Shown here in pieces: positions 11,121 through 22,051 of a stretch of 32,774 bases of DNA. Under the pieces are notes generated by a model. It did no database searches. It had not been told where the DNA came from and was given only the letters and a program-made list of their open reading frames with translations. Source of the DNA: Octopus bimaculoides (lineage: Eukaryota); the NCBI RefSeq assembly GCF_001194135.2, contig NC_068987.1, positions 11,480,419-11,513,192 of the forward strand, in the 5' to 3' direction. How positions within the stretch are numbered: the stretch's first letter is position 1; each line of letters opens with the position of its first letter. The position numbers and the translations under genes were made by a program.

Positions 11121-11636
11121 TAGCATTTCACCCAGCTTGCTAACGATTCTGCCAGTTCACTGCCTTAAATGGTTTCGCATTTTGGTCCAAGGCCAACAGG
11201 TTTGGGGGAGGGGCTAGGTTGATTACTCCCCCACCCCCACCCCACCCCACCGTACTCAACCGGTACTTAAATTATCGTCTCTGAAAGGATGAAAGGCAAA
11301 GTCGACCTTGGTGGAATTTGATCTTAGAACGTGCAGAGAGATGAAATGCCACTAAACATTTCGCCCAGCATGCTAACGATTCTGCCAAGACATTTCCTTA
11401 ATAGTAATAATTATAATGATAATCCTTTCTAATATAGGCATAAGGCCTGAAATTTTGGGAGAGGGGTGGGGGCTAGTTGATTACATCAACCCCAGTGCAT
11501 AACTGGTACCTAATTTCTCAACCTCAAAAGGATGAAAGGCAAAGTCGACCTCAGCAGAATTTGAACTCAGAACATAAAGACAGATGAAATGCTGCTAAGC
11601 ATTTCAGTGTGCTAAAAATTCTGCCAACATAGTGCC
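11121..11636 (-). mobile_element. Tandem cluster of SINE family B: head fragment 11121-11164 plus copies at about 11170-11387 and 11421-11636
   Basis: Repeated aaaggatgaaaggcaaagtcgacct and ctaa(cga/aaa)ttctgcc in the same orientation. Confidence 0.85.
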
Positions 11637-12523
11637 TTAATAATAATAATAATAATAATAATGACAAGATTTGAAAGTAACTCCCTTGAGTATTTTTCCA
11701 TATTTAGTTTTATACCTTAAAACAATTTTTCTAAATTTAAGTATTCTTCTAATCAGATGATTGACTCAGGTGGTTCCCCACCCCCGCCCAATTCAGATGT
11801 GTAGGCATTATTATGTAAATAGTTGTAAACAGTTTTCTCCATAACAGTGTCATTCAGACAACACTGGTAGACTTGTTTTGCTGCTTGTGGTGGTAGTCAT
11901 GGCTGTTATGTGTTCTTGTTAGCTGTTTACATTTAGGTCTTTGTTAATTTCTCTGATTTAATGAACTGATTTTCCATATTGAAAGTAGCCAGCACTGTCC
12001 AAATGTTTGCCGACAATTATTGCAATTATATAGCTTGAAATAGTTTTGTTCATCATACATGCATATATATATATTTATGTGTATGTGTACACAGGAATCT
12101 TATAGATAGATGGCCATGTGTACTTTTAGGAATCCAGTTGGTTTTCTGAGTCAATGTAGAGTATTCTCAATACATCTGTGCCTCTGTGTGTGTGTTTGCT
12201 GCTTGTGCATTTAATTTCACTTACTAATTCCTGTATTCACCTATATTCAGTGAACTCCTATACCTGCACATATATATGCACACAATAGGTTCACTTCCCT
12301 TCCCACTCATGCACTCACAGCCCTTCGTCTAAACATGTGAGTATGAAATGCTGAAATGCTTTTGCATATAAAATCATAAATGCCTGTATCATGTTTATAA
12401 CGGTTGTTAATGATTTGTGTATGACAGATTCACATGAAAAACAGCTACTTTATAAGAAAGAAACAAACATCAGAAAAATCTTTTTAAAAAATGTTTATTT
12501 TGTTTATAGTTTGTATATATATA

Positions 12524-12645
12524 GGCATAGGAGTAGCTGTGTGGTAAGTAGCTTGATTACAAACCACATGGTTCTGGGTTCAGTCCCACTGCGTGGCACC
12601 TTAGACAAGTGTCTTCTACTACAGTCTCGGACCGACCAAAGCCTT
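12524..12645 (+). mobile_element. SINE family A, 5' part (ends at ccgaccaaagcctt)
   Basis: Aligns with 18363-18484. Confidence 0.85.
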
Positions 12646-12646
12646 C

Positions 12647-12895
12647 CCTTTTGATGTTGGCTACCCACAGCTTTCCGGCTGGATTGGTGCACTATTTCCT
12701 GAAGAAGATTGGTTTGGAACCCAAATGACTGAAGAAAGCCACCAAGGAGACAGCCATGGCAGCTAAAATCAGATCAAGGTGGCGATGGTTGCTGAAAGAC
12801 TGCAGGTGGGGCCCTTCCACAGGTGTAGCCTAATTCAGTCCTCAAGGCATAAACCTTGTGATCCCTGAGATAATTGCTGATGATATGGAAGAGTT
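12647..12895 (+). mobile_element. 3' fragment of an RLE-type (Hero-like) non-LTR retrotransposon
   Basis: PFDVGY/HSFPAGLVHYFLKKIGLEPK*LKKATKETAMAAKIRSRWRWLLKD (one frameshift, one TGA). It resembles the P(V/I)EVGCRGF...AAE..SRWLWL C-terminus of such elements as I recall it. Confidence 0.6.
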
Positions 12896-12912
12896 TCCAA
12901 CATTGTGATCAA

Positions 12913-13047
12913 TTCTTTTCTACTCTAGGCACAAGGCCCAGAATTTTTGAGGGAGGTGGGGCAGTCAATTAGATACCCTCCAGTATGCAACTGGTACTTT
13001 ATTGACCCTGAAAGGATGAAAGGCAAAGTTGACCTCAGCGGAATTTT
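12913..13047 (-). mobile_element. SINE family B, 3' part
   Basis: caactggtac...gaaaggatgaaaggcaaagttgacctcagcggaattt. Confidence 0.8.
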
Positions 13048-13309
13048 AGAGTAGTTTCTGCATCAGGCAGGGCATCTTGAGTGTTTATTGCCTTTACTCT
13101 TGCGTTTTGTGTTCTATTAAAAATTTATCCTCTAAAATTAATTTTAAAATACACTTGATGAGAAATGATTAAAACCTGGTTGAAATCGTGTGGTTAGCAT
13201 TAATTAAAGTTCCCCTTATTAGTTGAAAGATATAATAATGACTTGGTTGTGTGGGTTTGTCAAAAATCACAAAGTTTAAAATACATATCCACATATTCTC
13301 TGTATCTTG

Positions 13310-13645
13310 GGTGCAGGCATGGTTATGTGGTTACAAAGCTTGCTTTGTAACCATGTGGTTTCAGGTTCATTTCCTTTGCATGCCACCTTTTACTATAGCC
13401 ACAGGCTGACCAATACTTTGTGAGTGAATTTAGTTGATAGAAACTGTAAAAAATTGCCATTTATGTATGTGAGTGTGTGTGTGTGTTTTTGCATTGTGTT
13501 TGTCCCACTTCTTGGCAACCAGTGTTGGTCTTTTCAACAAGGGACCGCTAGAATAAAAAGTCCTGGGGTTGATTTGCTCTACTAAAACCCTTCAAGGCAA
13601 TACCCCAACATAGCCTCAGTCTAATGACTGGAACAGTAGTAAAGA
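13310..13645 (+). mobile_element. SINE family A, degraded full-length copy
   Basis: Head ggtgcaggcatggttatgtgg, internal (TG)n, tail aagtcctggggttgatttgctctactaaa...aatgactggaaca. Confidence 0.7.
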
Positions 13646-13754
13646 TTTTACTAGACGCGCAAAGAATTGCCCAGTACCATCCCATAGCTTTTCAGCATAC
13701 TCTCAAAAGATGTTAGTACTTTAGCTCTGCTTTATATAAGAATAACCAGGAATG

Positions 13755-13875
13755 GGACAGCCTTTCAGTTCTTTCTACCAAATTCACTGACGAAGCATTG
13801 GTTGGCCCTCAAGGCTTTAGCACAAGACACCCATCTGACTGCAAAATAAGCTTCTTAAACTACATAGCCATGCCT
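13755..13875 (-). mobile_element. SINE family A head, degraded
   Basis: ctttcagttctttctaccaaattcact...aagcttcttaaactacatagccatgcc. Confidence 0.55.
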
Positions 13876-15479
13876 TACTTACCTTTGGTTAAGAAACTAA
13901 ATAACATGGATACTTCTGGCTTAGAAACCCAAATGCACGTACCCACACACACACACCTACACCTCATTGGCTCAGTTTGCTTACAATTGTTTGGTTGAAG
14001 GGTGTAAAACTGATTTACTATAGAAAACACTCTTTTGTACTTCTGCTGTTGCCATATCTACTTTATATTTTTTGGTATTTGATGAGACTGTTTCCTATAT
14101 CCTTCCTGCCGTCTTCTGTGGCAGAATTTCTATAAAATAAAAACACAAATTGATGGTACAATGGAAAAACTATGAACATTGCCAAAGTTTTCTGTGTTTT
14201 TTTTTTCTTCTTTTTTAAATGGACCTGTTACATTCTCCTAGTAAAAACAATAACTTACTAACACATACCAATTTTCACACACATCACACACGCATGTATT
14301 TATTGTTCTTTTTTCTTTTGTAGTTGTGTCTATGATTCATTGCAGAAATTATGTCTTAAATCTCTATGATCTTCTGTGAGTGAGAAATAATCTTGCGCAT
14401 ATGAAAGTTAATAAATGAATATAATCTTTCCTCTTTTTACTCTCACTTTCTGATGCCATAAACTCTGCCAAGTTTTGAATTCTCTTGCTCAATCAGCTTG
14501 TAATTACTCTGTGTCTTTTAATGGTTGCTTGGCTCAGTATCTGCTGCGGTGCCTATCACTGGCAGTGTAGCCTGGCTTCTCTGATCTTGGCATGCTGCCA
14601 AACCAAGGGCAATATCATCCATATTATAAATATACAACAGGAGAAAGTTTGTGGACACACATGATATGTGCCATCTTTAGGTTTCCACTTCCTTTTACTC
14701 GACTGTTATTTGACCCGGTGCCAACACGGCGACTACGTACGGCTGAGGAATCTATTCCGATAATATGGCAGTTAAGCATCTGCAGATCTCCACTATATTT
14801 TATCTTCAAAACTCTAATGGCAATCAAATTTCTAATTGAGCTAAATTTCTCTGTGTTGCATCTGTAAATTTCATTCTACCAACTAAATACAGACTGGTTA
14901 GTTTATACATGCCATTATGAAGAATAGCTTAGCAAGTATTTGTATGAATTCATGCACACACACACACACACACATTCTTTAATATGTACAGTTTTTCCTT
15001 TATATGCCTATATAATAAATATAAATACATACATATACTCACACACACAAATTCTAAACAAAGCTGATGACTTTGTTTTTTTGGTTTTCTCATATCACAA
15101 ATCTTGTTAATATTAGTTAGTAGTAGTGGTAGTAATAGTAGTATTAGTTTAAGTGCATAGGAATTTTGGAACGTAAAGTATTTTTCTGTATGTAGTAGGC
15201 ATTTAAACTTGCAGTTTGTGCCATGTAAATTTTGAATTTATATTCTCTATATCAGAATATATTACTGAAAGCATGGCTGCATTCTGAACGCTTTTCTTTC
15301 AGTTTGTTTCCTTAACTTGTGTAATTTTGCCTTCATTTTGACTATTTAGTAAATATAAATATTTTATGGTGTTTTCATGGTGTTATGACGCAGACTACTC
15401 GAATCACTAGGAAAACATTGGAAAATATCATTAAACATTTAGGAAAATAAACACCAAAAACATCCAGAAGTCAAGGTAT

Positions 15480-15560
15480 ATATATATGGATAGATAGATA
15501 GCTAGCTAGCTAGCTATAGATATATAGACATAGATAGATAGATATAGATAGATAGATATG
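15480..15560. repeat. (GATA)n/(GCTA)n tetranucleotide microsatellite
   Basis: Directly visible. Confidence 0.9.
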
Positions 15561-16260
15561 AAAGAAAATTGTTTAATGTAAATTTATATTCATATTTTAA
15601 TAGTTATTTGCCTTAATGGAGAGATGTTACCTAAATACAGTACTTGAATATTGTGTATGCATGTGTGTGCATATTTACGTATATAGATATTATAACTTAG
15701 GCATTATCCTACTTAAGTGTATATAAATGTGCATAAAAATATGCATACACACACACACGCGCGCGCGCGCACACACAAACAAACATATATAACTGACATA
15801 ACAAACTTTTGATTAAATCACCATTTGAAATTTACTGTGGATTGCTATTAGATATTGTCTTTTTACTTGTTGAGCTCCATATTTTGTTATTTGCTTACAA
15901 ACTGCAAAACCAAAATGGAATGTTCCATTCTTAATGAATTTCCATTGCAAAGCAGCAAACAGTGTACTATTTTTGTCATCTTCCATTCTTCTTACAAACT
16001 ATTTCTTCCTTGTTATCTATGCACACTACATTGGAGTACATCTTTGCTTCTCTTAGCTCCTGTGCTGGGGGGGGGGGGTTGTTTTGTGTTTGTCTTGTTT
16101 TAGCCTACGTCTTTTTTTTATAATTTTTTAAAATTTATTCAGCCTTGTTCATTGTTTACTGTATTAGGGACAGCAATCAGCTAATCACTGCTCAGATTAA
16201 TTAAGAGCTTAGCCCATTAGAATCCTAGCTGAAATGATTTTTACTTTTTCATCTCAACAG

Positions 16261-16317
16261 ATACTCAGATTAAAACTGAAGAGTTGCCCCCAAAGATTAA
16301 ACAAGAGAATTCTGAAA
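16261..16317 (+). CDS. BCL9: BCL9 57-nt symmetric (phase 1/1) microexon, (D)TQIKTEELPPKIKQENSE(S)
   Basis: Polypyrimidine tract tttttactttttcatctcaacag| and donor |gtaagt. Length 57 = 19 codons, open in the BCL9 frame. Confidence 0.8.
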
Positions 16318-16750
16318 GTAAGTTTACCCTTTCTGTCTTGTGGTGCGCATTTCTTCAATTAATAACAACAACAATAATAATAATAAATGAAAAAGAATGG
16401 ACAAATAAAAATCCCCTCCCTCCAATCCTCCTATACACATACACAATATCCTTTTTTTTTTCTTCCCCTTTTTCCTTATATACTTGACTGTCTGATCTGG
16501 TGTGTATGCGTACGCATGCATGTATCTACATATGTACATACAAAACGGCAGCTTCTCTGCTTATGTATGTGTTGTGGTATTGTTTTGATACCCAATCTAG
16601 TTAGGTCATCGGTTTTATGTTGACCTCCCCTTTGAAACTTCTCTAGAATGCAGACACATACTACAAATGTAAGCAGAGATGGTGGAGGGCATGCATGCAA
16701 AGGTAAACAGACGCTCACGTACCAGTAATACATGTGAGTGAAGATGATTA

Positions 16751-17085
16751 CATCATCATCATCATCATCGTTTAACGTCCGCTTTCCATGCTAGCATGGG
16801 TTGGATGATTTGACTGAGGACTGGCGAACCAGATGGCTACACCAGGCTCCAATCTGATCTGGCAGAGTTTCTACAGCTGGATGCCCTTCCTAACGTCACC
16901 CATTCCGAGAGTGTAGTGGGTGCTTTTACGTGCCACCGGCATGAGGGCCAGTCACACGGTACTGGCAACAGCCACACTCAAATGGTGTTTTTTACGTGCC
17001 ACCTGCACAGGAGCCAGTCCAGCGGCACTGGCAATGACCTCGCTCGAATGTTTTTTCATGTGCCAGTAGGCGACGCTGGTAACAT
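16751..17085 (-). mobile_element. SINE family C with internal ~63-bp sub-repeats
   Basis: (cat)n cgtttaacgtccgctttccatgctagcatgggttgg...ctggatgcccttcctaacg; the motif ttttacgtgccacc is repeated. Confidence 0.85.
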
Positions 17086-17182
17086 GTGGCTGCAAACTCT
17101 GGTATGTGTAGCTAGAAATTAAGGTTCACATTTAACTTGTGCAAAGATATCCATGTAGTCCTTGTGAACTATATGGCAGCTT

Positions 17183-17378
17183 TACTGGTGCTGGGGTTAT
17201 GAAAAAGCATCCCAATACATGCTGTGAAGTGGTTTGCATTAGCAAAAGCAAGAACATTCATCTGTGGAAACTGTGTCAAAGTACTGAGCAGGAGTCAGTC
17301 CTTGGACTCGTCGGATCCTATCAAACTGTTCACTCATTCCAGCATGGAACGCCAACATTAAACGATGATGATGATAAG
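17183..17378 (+). mobile_element. SINE family C, degraded, opposite orientation to 16751-17085
   Basis: Ends ccagcatggaacgccaacattaaacgatgatgatg. Confidence 0.7.
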
Positions 17379-17879
17379 ATATGATGTGTATCTTTTATAT
17401 ATATGAGGAGGTCTACCATACATACAAGTATACATAGCTTCAAACTTAGGTGCACATACATTGTTTAGCTTCACCCACAATAATCAAAGACATACAGAAA
17501 AAAAAAATTTTGTAAAAAAAAAATAGGAAAGAAATTTTTTTTTTTTTGTGAGATTATTCTTTTTTAAGGTTGGTTGGTTTGTTTGTTTCAAGAGAATTCC
17601 TTAAATTTCTTTCCAGTTTGCTTTATATTATATTAATCAATTTGTTTGTGTTTAATACTCCTCCAATATTTACACAAATTCAATGTTTTATTTGAGTGTC
17701 ATTCCTTTCTATGATTTGTTTAAAGCTTCGTTATGGCATTAACAAAATATTGGCTCTGTATTCATGCATAATTGAGCTTGGCGAAAAATTTGAATCTGCA
17801 AGTTTGGAAAAACCTAGAGGTGGATCACTGATAAAATTCTGTACTGCAGGTGTTGATATTACAAGTCCCAAAATCTTCT

Positions 17880-18326
17880 TTAAACCTTTTGATACCAACC
17901 TGCTGACACTACCCCTGGTTCTATTCATGACTCAATCTTCCTGATTTAAAGTGATCTATATCAAACCCAAACCTTCCATCAAAATTTCATGATTTATGTT
18001 CTAAACACCTTTTGGTTTCAAATTCTAAGACAAGGCCAGCAATTTTGGAGAAGAAGTAAGTTGATTACATTGGCCCCAGTGCTCAACTGGTACTTGTTTT
18101 ATTGGCCCTAAAAGGATGAAAGGCAAAGTTGAACTTAGTGAAATTTGAACTCAGAATGTAAAGGTAGATGAATTGCACTAAGCATTTTACCTGGCGTACT
18201 AACAGTTCTGCCATTTTGCCACTTTATAAACACCAGGTTATTAATAAGTTATTTAACTGAATTCTTTCATTCTCTTCAAAATTAATTAATTATCATTTAA
18301 CAGAAATATGATGATGAAAGGGTTAA
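17880..18326 (+). mobile_element. MITE family E, complete, interrupted by a SINE B insertion
   Basis: ttaaaccttttgatacc ... aaagggttaa termini. Confidence 0.8.
18010..18226 (-). mobile_element. SINE family B nested in MITE E with 8-bp TSD taaacacc (18002-18009 / 18227-18234)
   Basis: Direct repeat on both flanks, with a family B body between them. Confidence 0.8.
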
Positions 18327-18362
18327 AGCCTCCTTGCTTAATAAAACCTAAACGTAAATACA

Positions 18363-18630
18363 GGCACAGGAGTGGCTGTATGGTAAGTAGCTTGCTCACC
18401 AACCACATGGCTCTGGGTTCAGTCCCACTGCGTGGCACCTTGGGCAAGTGTCTTCTACTATAACCTCGGGCCGACCAAAGCCTTGTGAGTGGATTTGGTA
18501 GACGGAAACTGAAAGAAGCCCGCCGTATATATGTATATGTATATATATATGTGTGTGTGTCTGTGTTTGTCCCCACCAACATCGCTTGACAACTGATGCT
18601 GGTGTGTTTACGTCCTCGTAACTTAGCGTT
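18363..18630 (+). mobile_element. SINE family A, 3'-truncated
   Basis: ggcacaggagtggctg...gaaagaagcccgccg(TA/TG)n...gtaacttagcg. Confidence 0.88.
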
Positions 18631-18990
18631 AGCACATCCTCTAGCTCCCTACTGTTTTATTAGCCGATTGGTTGGTTACTTGGCTATTTGTGTTACTGGG
18701 TTCTTTCTTTTGAACAATGATGCTTTCTGTTATGTTCTTCTGGTGCCACTTATATAGACATTCGTGTTACACAGCTAATGCAGATGTTGTATTTAATTAG
18801 TTGCGCATATTATGTATCAAATGCAACAGTTTATGGTATCAATCAGTTCTTTTTTAGTTTTGTTTGTTTTTTTTTTCTTAGTTTTCTTTCCAATGTCTGT
18901 TTTTTTAGACTATTGTTCTCGGTGCCTTCTTATTTACTAGGCTTGTACTAACATCTCTGTGTGTGTGTGTGTGGTTGTTCTCTACTAGTC

Positions 18991-19041
18991 NNNNNNNNNN
19001 NNNNNNNNNNNNNNNNNNNNNNNNNNNNNNNNNNNNNNNNN
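18991..19041. other. Assembly gap (51 N)
   Basis: Run of N. Confidence 1.
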
Positions 19042-19648
19042 TTGTTCTCGGTGCCTTCTTATTTACTAGGCTTGTACTAACATCTCTGTGTGTGTGTGTG
19101 TGGTTGTTCTCTACTAGTCTGAATAATGACATAAAAGCATGTGTATGTATGTATGTGTACATATATGGTTGCGGAACTATTTGAAAATAAAAACATGAGA
19201 ATTAAATAAATAATGTTGTAAAAATCAGCATTAACTCTTCTCTTTCTGTCATTATTTATATAATTTTAGCTTGACCCAGCATTACACACATCAGCAGCAT
19301 TCATATCGTGTTGCTTTGATAAGAATCATTCCATTCTTATCAGATGTGAATGACAGATTTGCTGATCATAGCTGAAGAAGTGAAACAAAGCAGAAACATG
19401 TACGTCCTACAACCCTGTGATGTTATTCACAGCCTATCCTGTGTCCGGAGACATGTTTAAGGGGAGAATTTTCTCCTAGGGCTATCTCTGCATCAAGAGT
19501 TTCTTCTCAAGTCCAAATGCACTTGAACATGTTGAATATGACTCTAAACAAATAAACTTGTGAATTTGGGGGCACAGGTGTGTGTATGTATATGAATGTA
19601 AACAAAAATATTCTTGTTCATTAATATATCGATATGCACATGTATGTA

Positions 19649-19842
19649 AGGTGGCACGCCAGGCAAAATGTTTAGTGGTAGTTCATCTGCCTTTATATTC
19701 TGAGTTCAGATTCCTCCAAGGTTGATTTTACCTTTCACCCTTTCAGGGTCTCTAAAATAAGTACAGGTCAGCACTGGGGGTCGATGTAATCAACTTAGTC
19801 CCTCCCCTCACATTGCTGGCTTTGTGCCAAAATTTGAAACCA
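19649..19842 (+). mobile_element. SINE family B, degraded
   Basis: ctgagttcagattcc (B box), taagtac...ctgggggtcgatgtaatcaac. Confidence 0.75.
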
Positions 19843-19945
19843 GTGTGTGTGTGTGCATCTTTGACCATGTGCTTATATTTAAGTGTGTGCATATGTATCT
19901 CGTGTGTCTGTGTGGACAGATGTCTAGTACTAGCACTACATGTTC

Positions 19946-20017
19946 TTAACCCTTTATTGTTTAAACCGGCTATATCCGGCCCAAATATTCTATTCATTTT
20001 ATGCTCAAACTGGCCAG
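19946..20017 (+). mobile_element. MITE family D, left part
   Basis: ttaaccctttattgtttaaaccggctatatccggcccaaatattc. Confidence 0.7.
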
Positions 20018-20226
20018 AACCACACACATATACATACATATATATAATACATATACATACATATATACACACGCACACACACACACATATAAATGTATGT
20101 ATATTTTTTCAATGTGTATGAATAACAAGGAAAAAAAACAGCTAGTTACCAGGGTAGCAAAAATTCACACAAGCGCCAAAGATATTACAGACTATCTATA
20201 AAAGTAGAAATTCCATGGTTGAGCTG

Positions 20227-20235
20227 TTATCTATA

Positions 20236-20300
<65 letters not shown>

Positions 20301-20451
20301 TGGGCTTCTTTCAGTTTCTGTCTACCAGATCACAAGGCTTTGGTCAGCCCGAGGCTATAGTAGAAGACACTTGCCCAAGGTGCCACACAGTGGGACTGAA
20401 CCCAGAACCACATGGTTGGGAAGCAAGCTTCTTACCTCACAGCCACGCCTG
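20227..20451 (-). mobile_element. SINE family A 5' half ending in a ~70-bp (TA)n tract
   Basis: gggcttctttcagtttctgtctacc...cttacctcacagccacgcctg, adjoining (TA)n at 20227-20297. Confidence 0.85.
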
Positions 20452-21640
20452 CTGGATTTTTACAACCTTTCTGCAATAAACTAAATCCTAAATGCCCGTA
20501 TTAAATGTAAATCACCTTCTGCTGGAAGAGTGTTTTAATCAGCTGGGGACATTGTGGTACCTATCTTGACAAAAGGATTTATGTGTATATATGCACTAAC
20601 ACACACACACTTCAGTTTGTTTGGTTTCTAGTCCAGCAATTTTATACAGTCCTTCAATGCGACATCTGGTTATCCAGAACCTATTCTTCTAAGATGTCCA
20701 GTTTAAACAGCTGCTTGTTTGTTTGGACTGCTACTGCTACTACTGCTGTTTTTAAGTCATTGCTTATCCTGTACTTGTTGTTTGCCGTTCGCCCAACTTA
20801 GCTGTTATCATCTTCGTTTCTTTAAATTATACTCAGTGTAAAATTAAATTGTGTGTGACTATTTAAAGTTGTTGATAAGGTGGAGTGAGTTTGTGTGGAG
20901 AGGGAAACTATAGTATCTGTAAATGTTTGTTCAAAATACGTTTTGTTTACATATTTTCATTTTTATGTAAATACAAACACGTACACACACACACACACAC
21001 GCCCACACACTCATACATTTTCAAATCTATTGCAATCAACAAATCATTTACAATACGTGAAACTTGTTTGGTAATAAACACCGAAGAAAACTACAATTTA
21101 ATCAGTATTGAATTTAATTGCAATATATTTCTCCCTCGTGCATTTCGTTTTGCTACTTTAAATAGAAAATTTTTTTTTTTTTCTATTTAAACTCTTTCAA
21201 ATGGTTAAGTCGGAGTCGGAGTGTTTTTGTGTTTATGTTCTAATGTATGTGAATTAGTTATCAGAGACGTTTAGCAATTTCTACTTCATACTCTGTCACT
21301 TGTGTTAATTCTAACTGTCGCAAATTAAATTAAAGTAAGATGGAAGAGTGTGCATGTGTGTGTGTGCAAAACAATCTAGTGTAATTAGTTTCCAAAAGAA
21401 AAAAAAAAGGACGAAAATTCCTTTATATGGTTGTAAATGTTGCGAGAATGATTAGGTTGTTGTTACTGATATTATTGTAAGTAAGGCAGTAGTACACCTC
21501 GTGTGATTAAGTGCATTTTGGTGTTTGATCATCCTGTTCTGTCTGGGCCACTGGTCTTTCTGCAAACAAACAGCAATAAACTACAAAGAACTCCAGACAA
21601 CACATCGTAATGTGTTGTACACTCGCCACACCAATGAACC

Positions 21641-21780
21641 ATCATAATCATCTTTCAATGTCCACTTTTCCATGTTTCCTGAGTGGGTCAGGTGGAATTT
21701 GTTGAGGCAGGTTTGGATGCTCTTCCTGTCACCAACCTTCACCTGTTTCCATGCAAGAATAGAAACAGACACCTTCCATT
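21641..21780 (-). mobile_element. Family C-related SINE tail fragment
   Basis: atcatctttcaatgtccacttttccatg...ggatgctcttcctgtcaccaacc. Confidence 0.55.
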
Positions 21781-21971
21781 TCCACTGCAAAAGAAAAAAA
21801 ATGTTCCTTCAAATACTCAGACAGGTTGAACATGGAGCACTATTACAACATCTTAATAACTCTCTCTCTCTGCTGTGTTGACAGGTTTGCACTTAAAATT
21901 CCCACATTTTAGTTACTATGGCGACAACACTACTTATCTATTTTCTCTCTCTCTTCTCCCGCCTTCTCGAT

Positions 21972-22051
<80 letters not shown>

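Noticed and set aside
18914-19118. Apparent 77-bp direct repeat flanking the 51-N gap
   Set aside because: The two copies are identical, including (GT)7, and abut the gap. This is most likely an unmerged contig overlap (assembly artefact).
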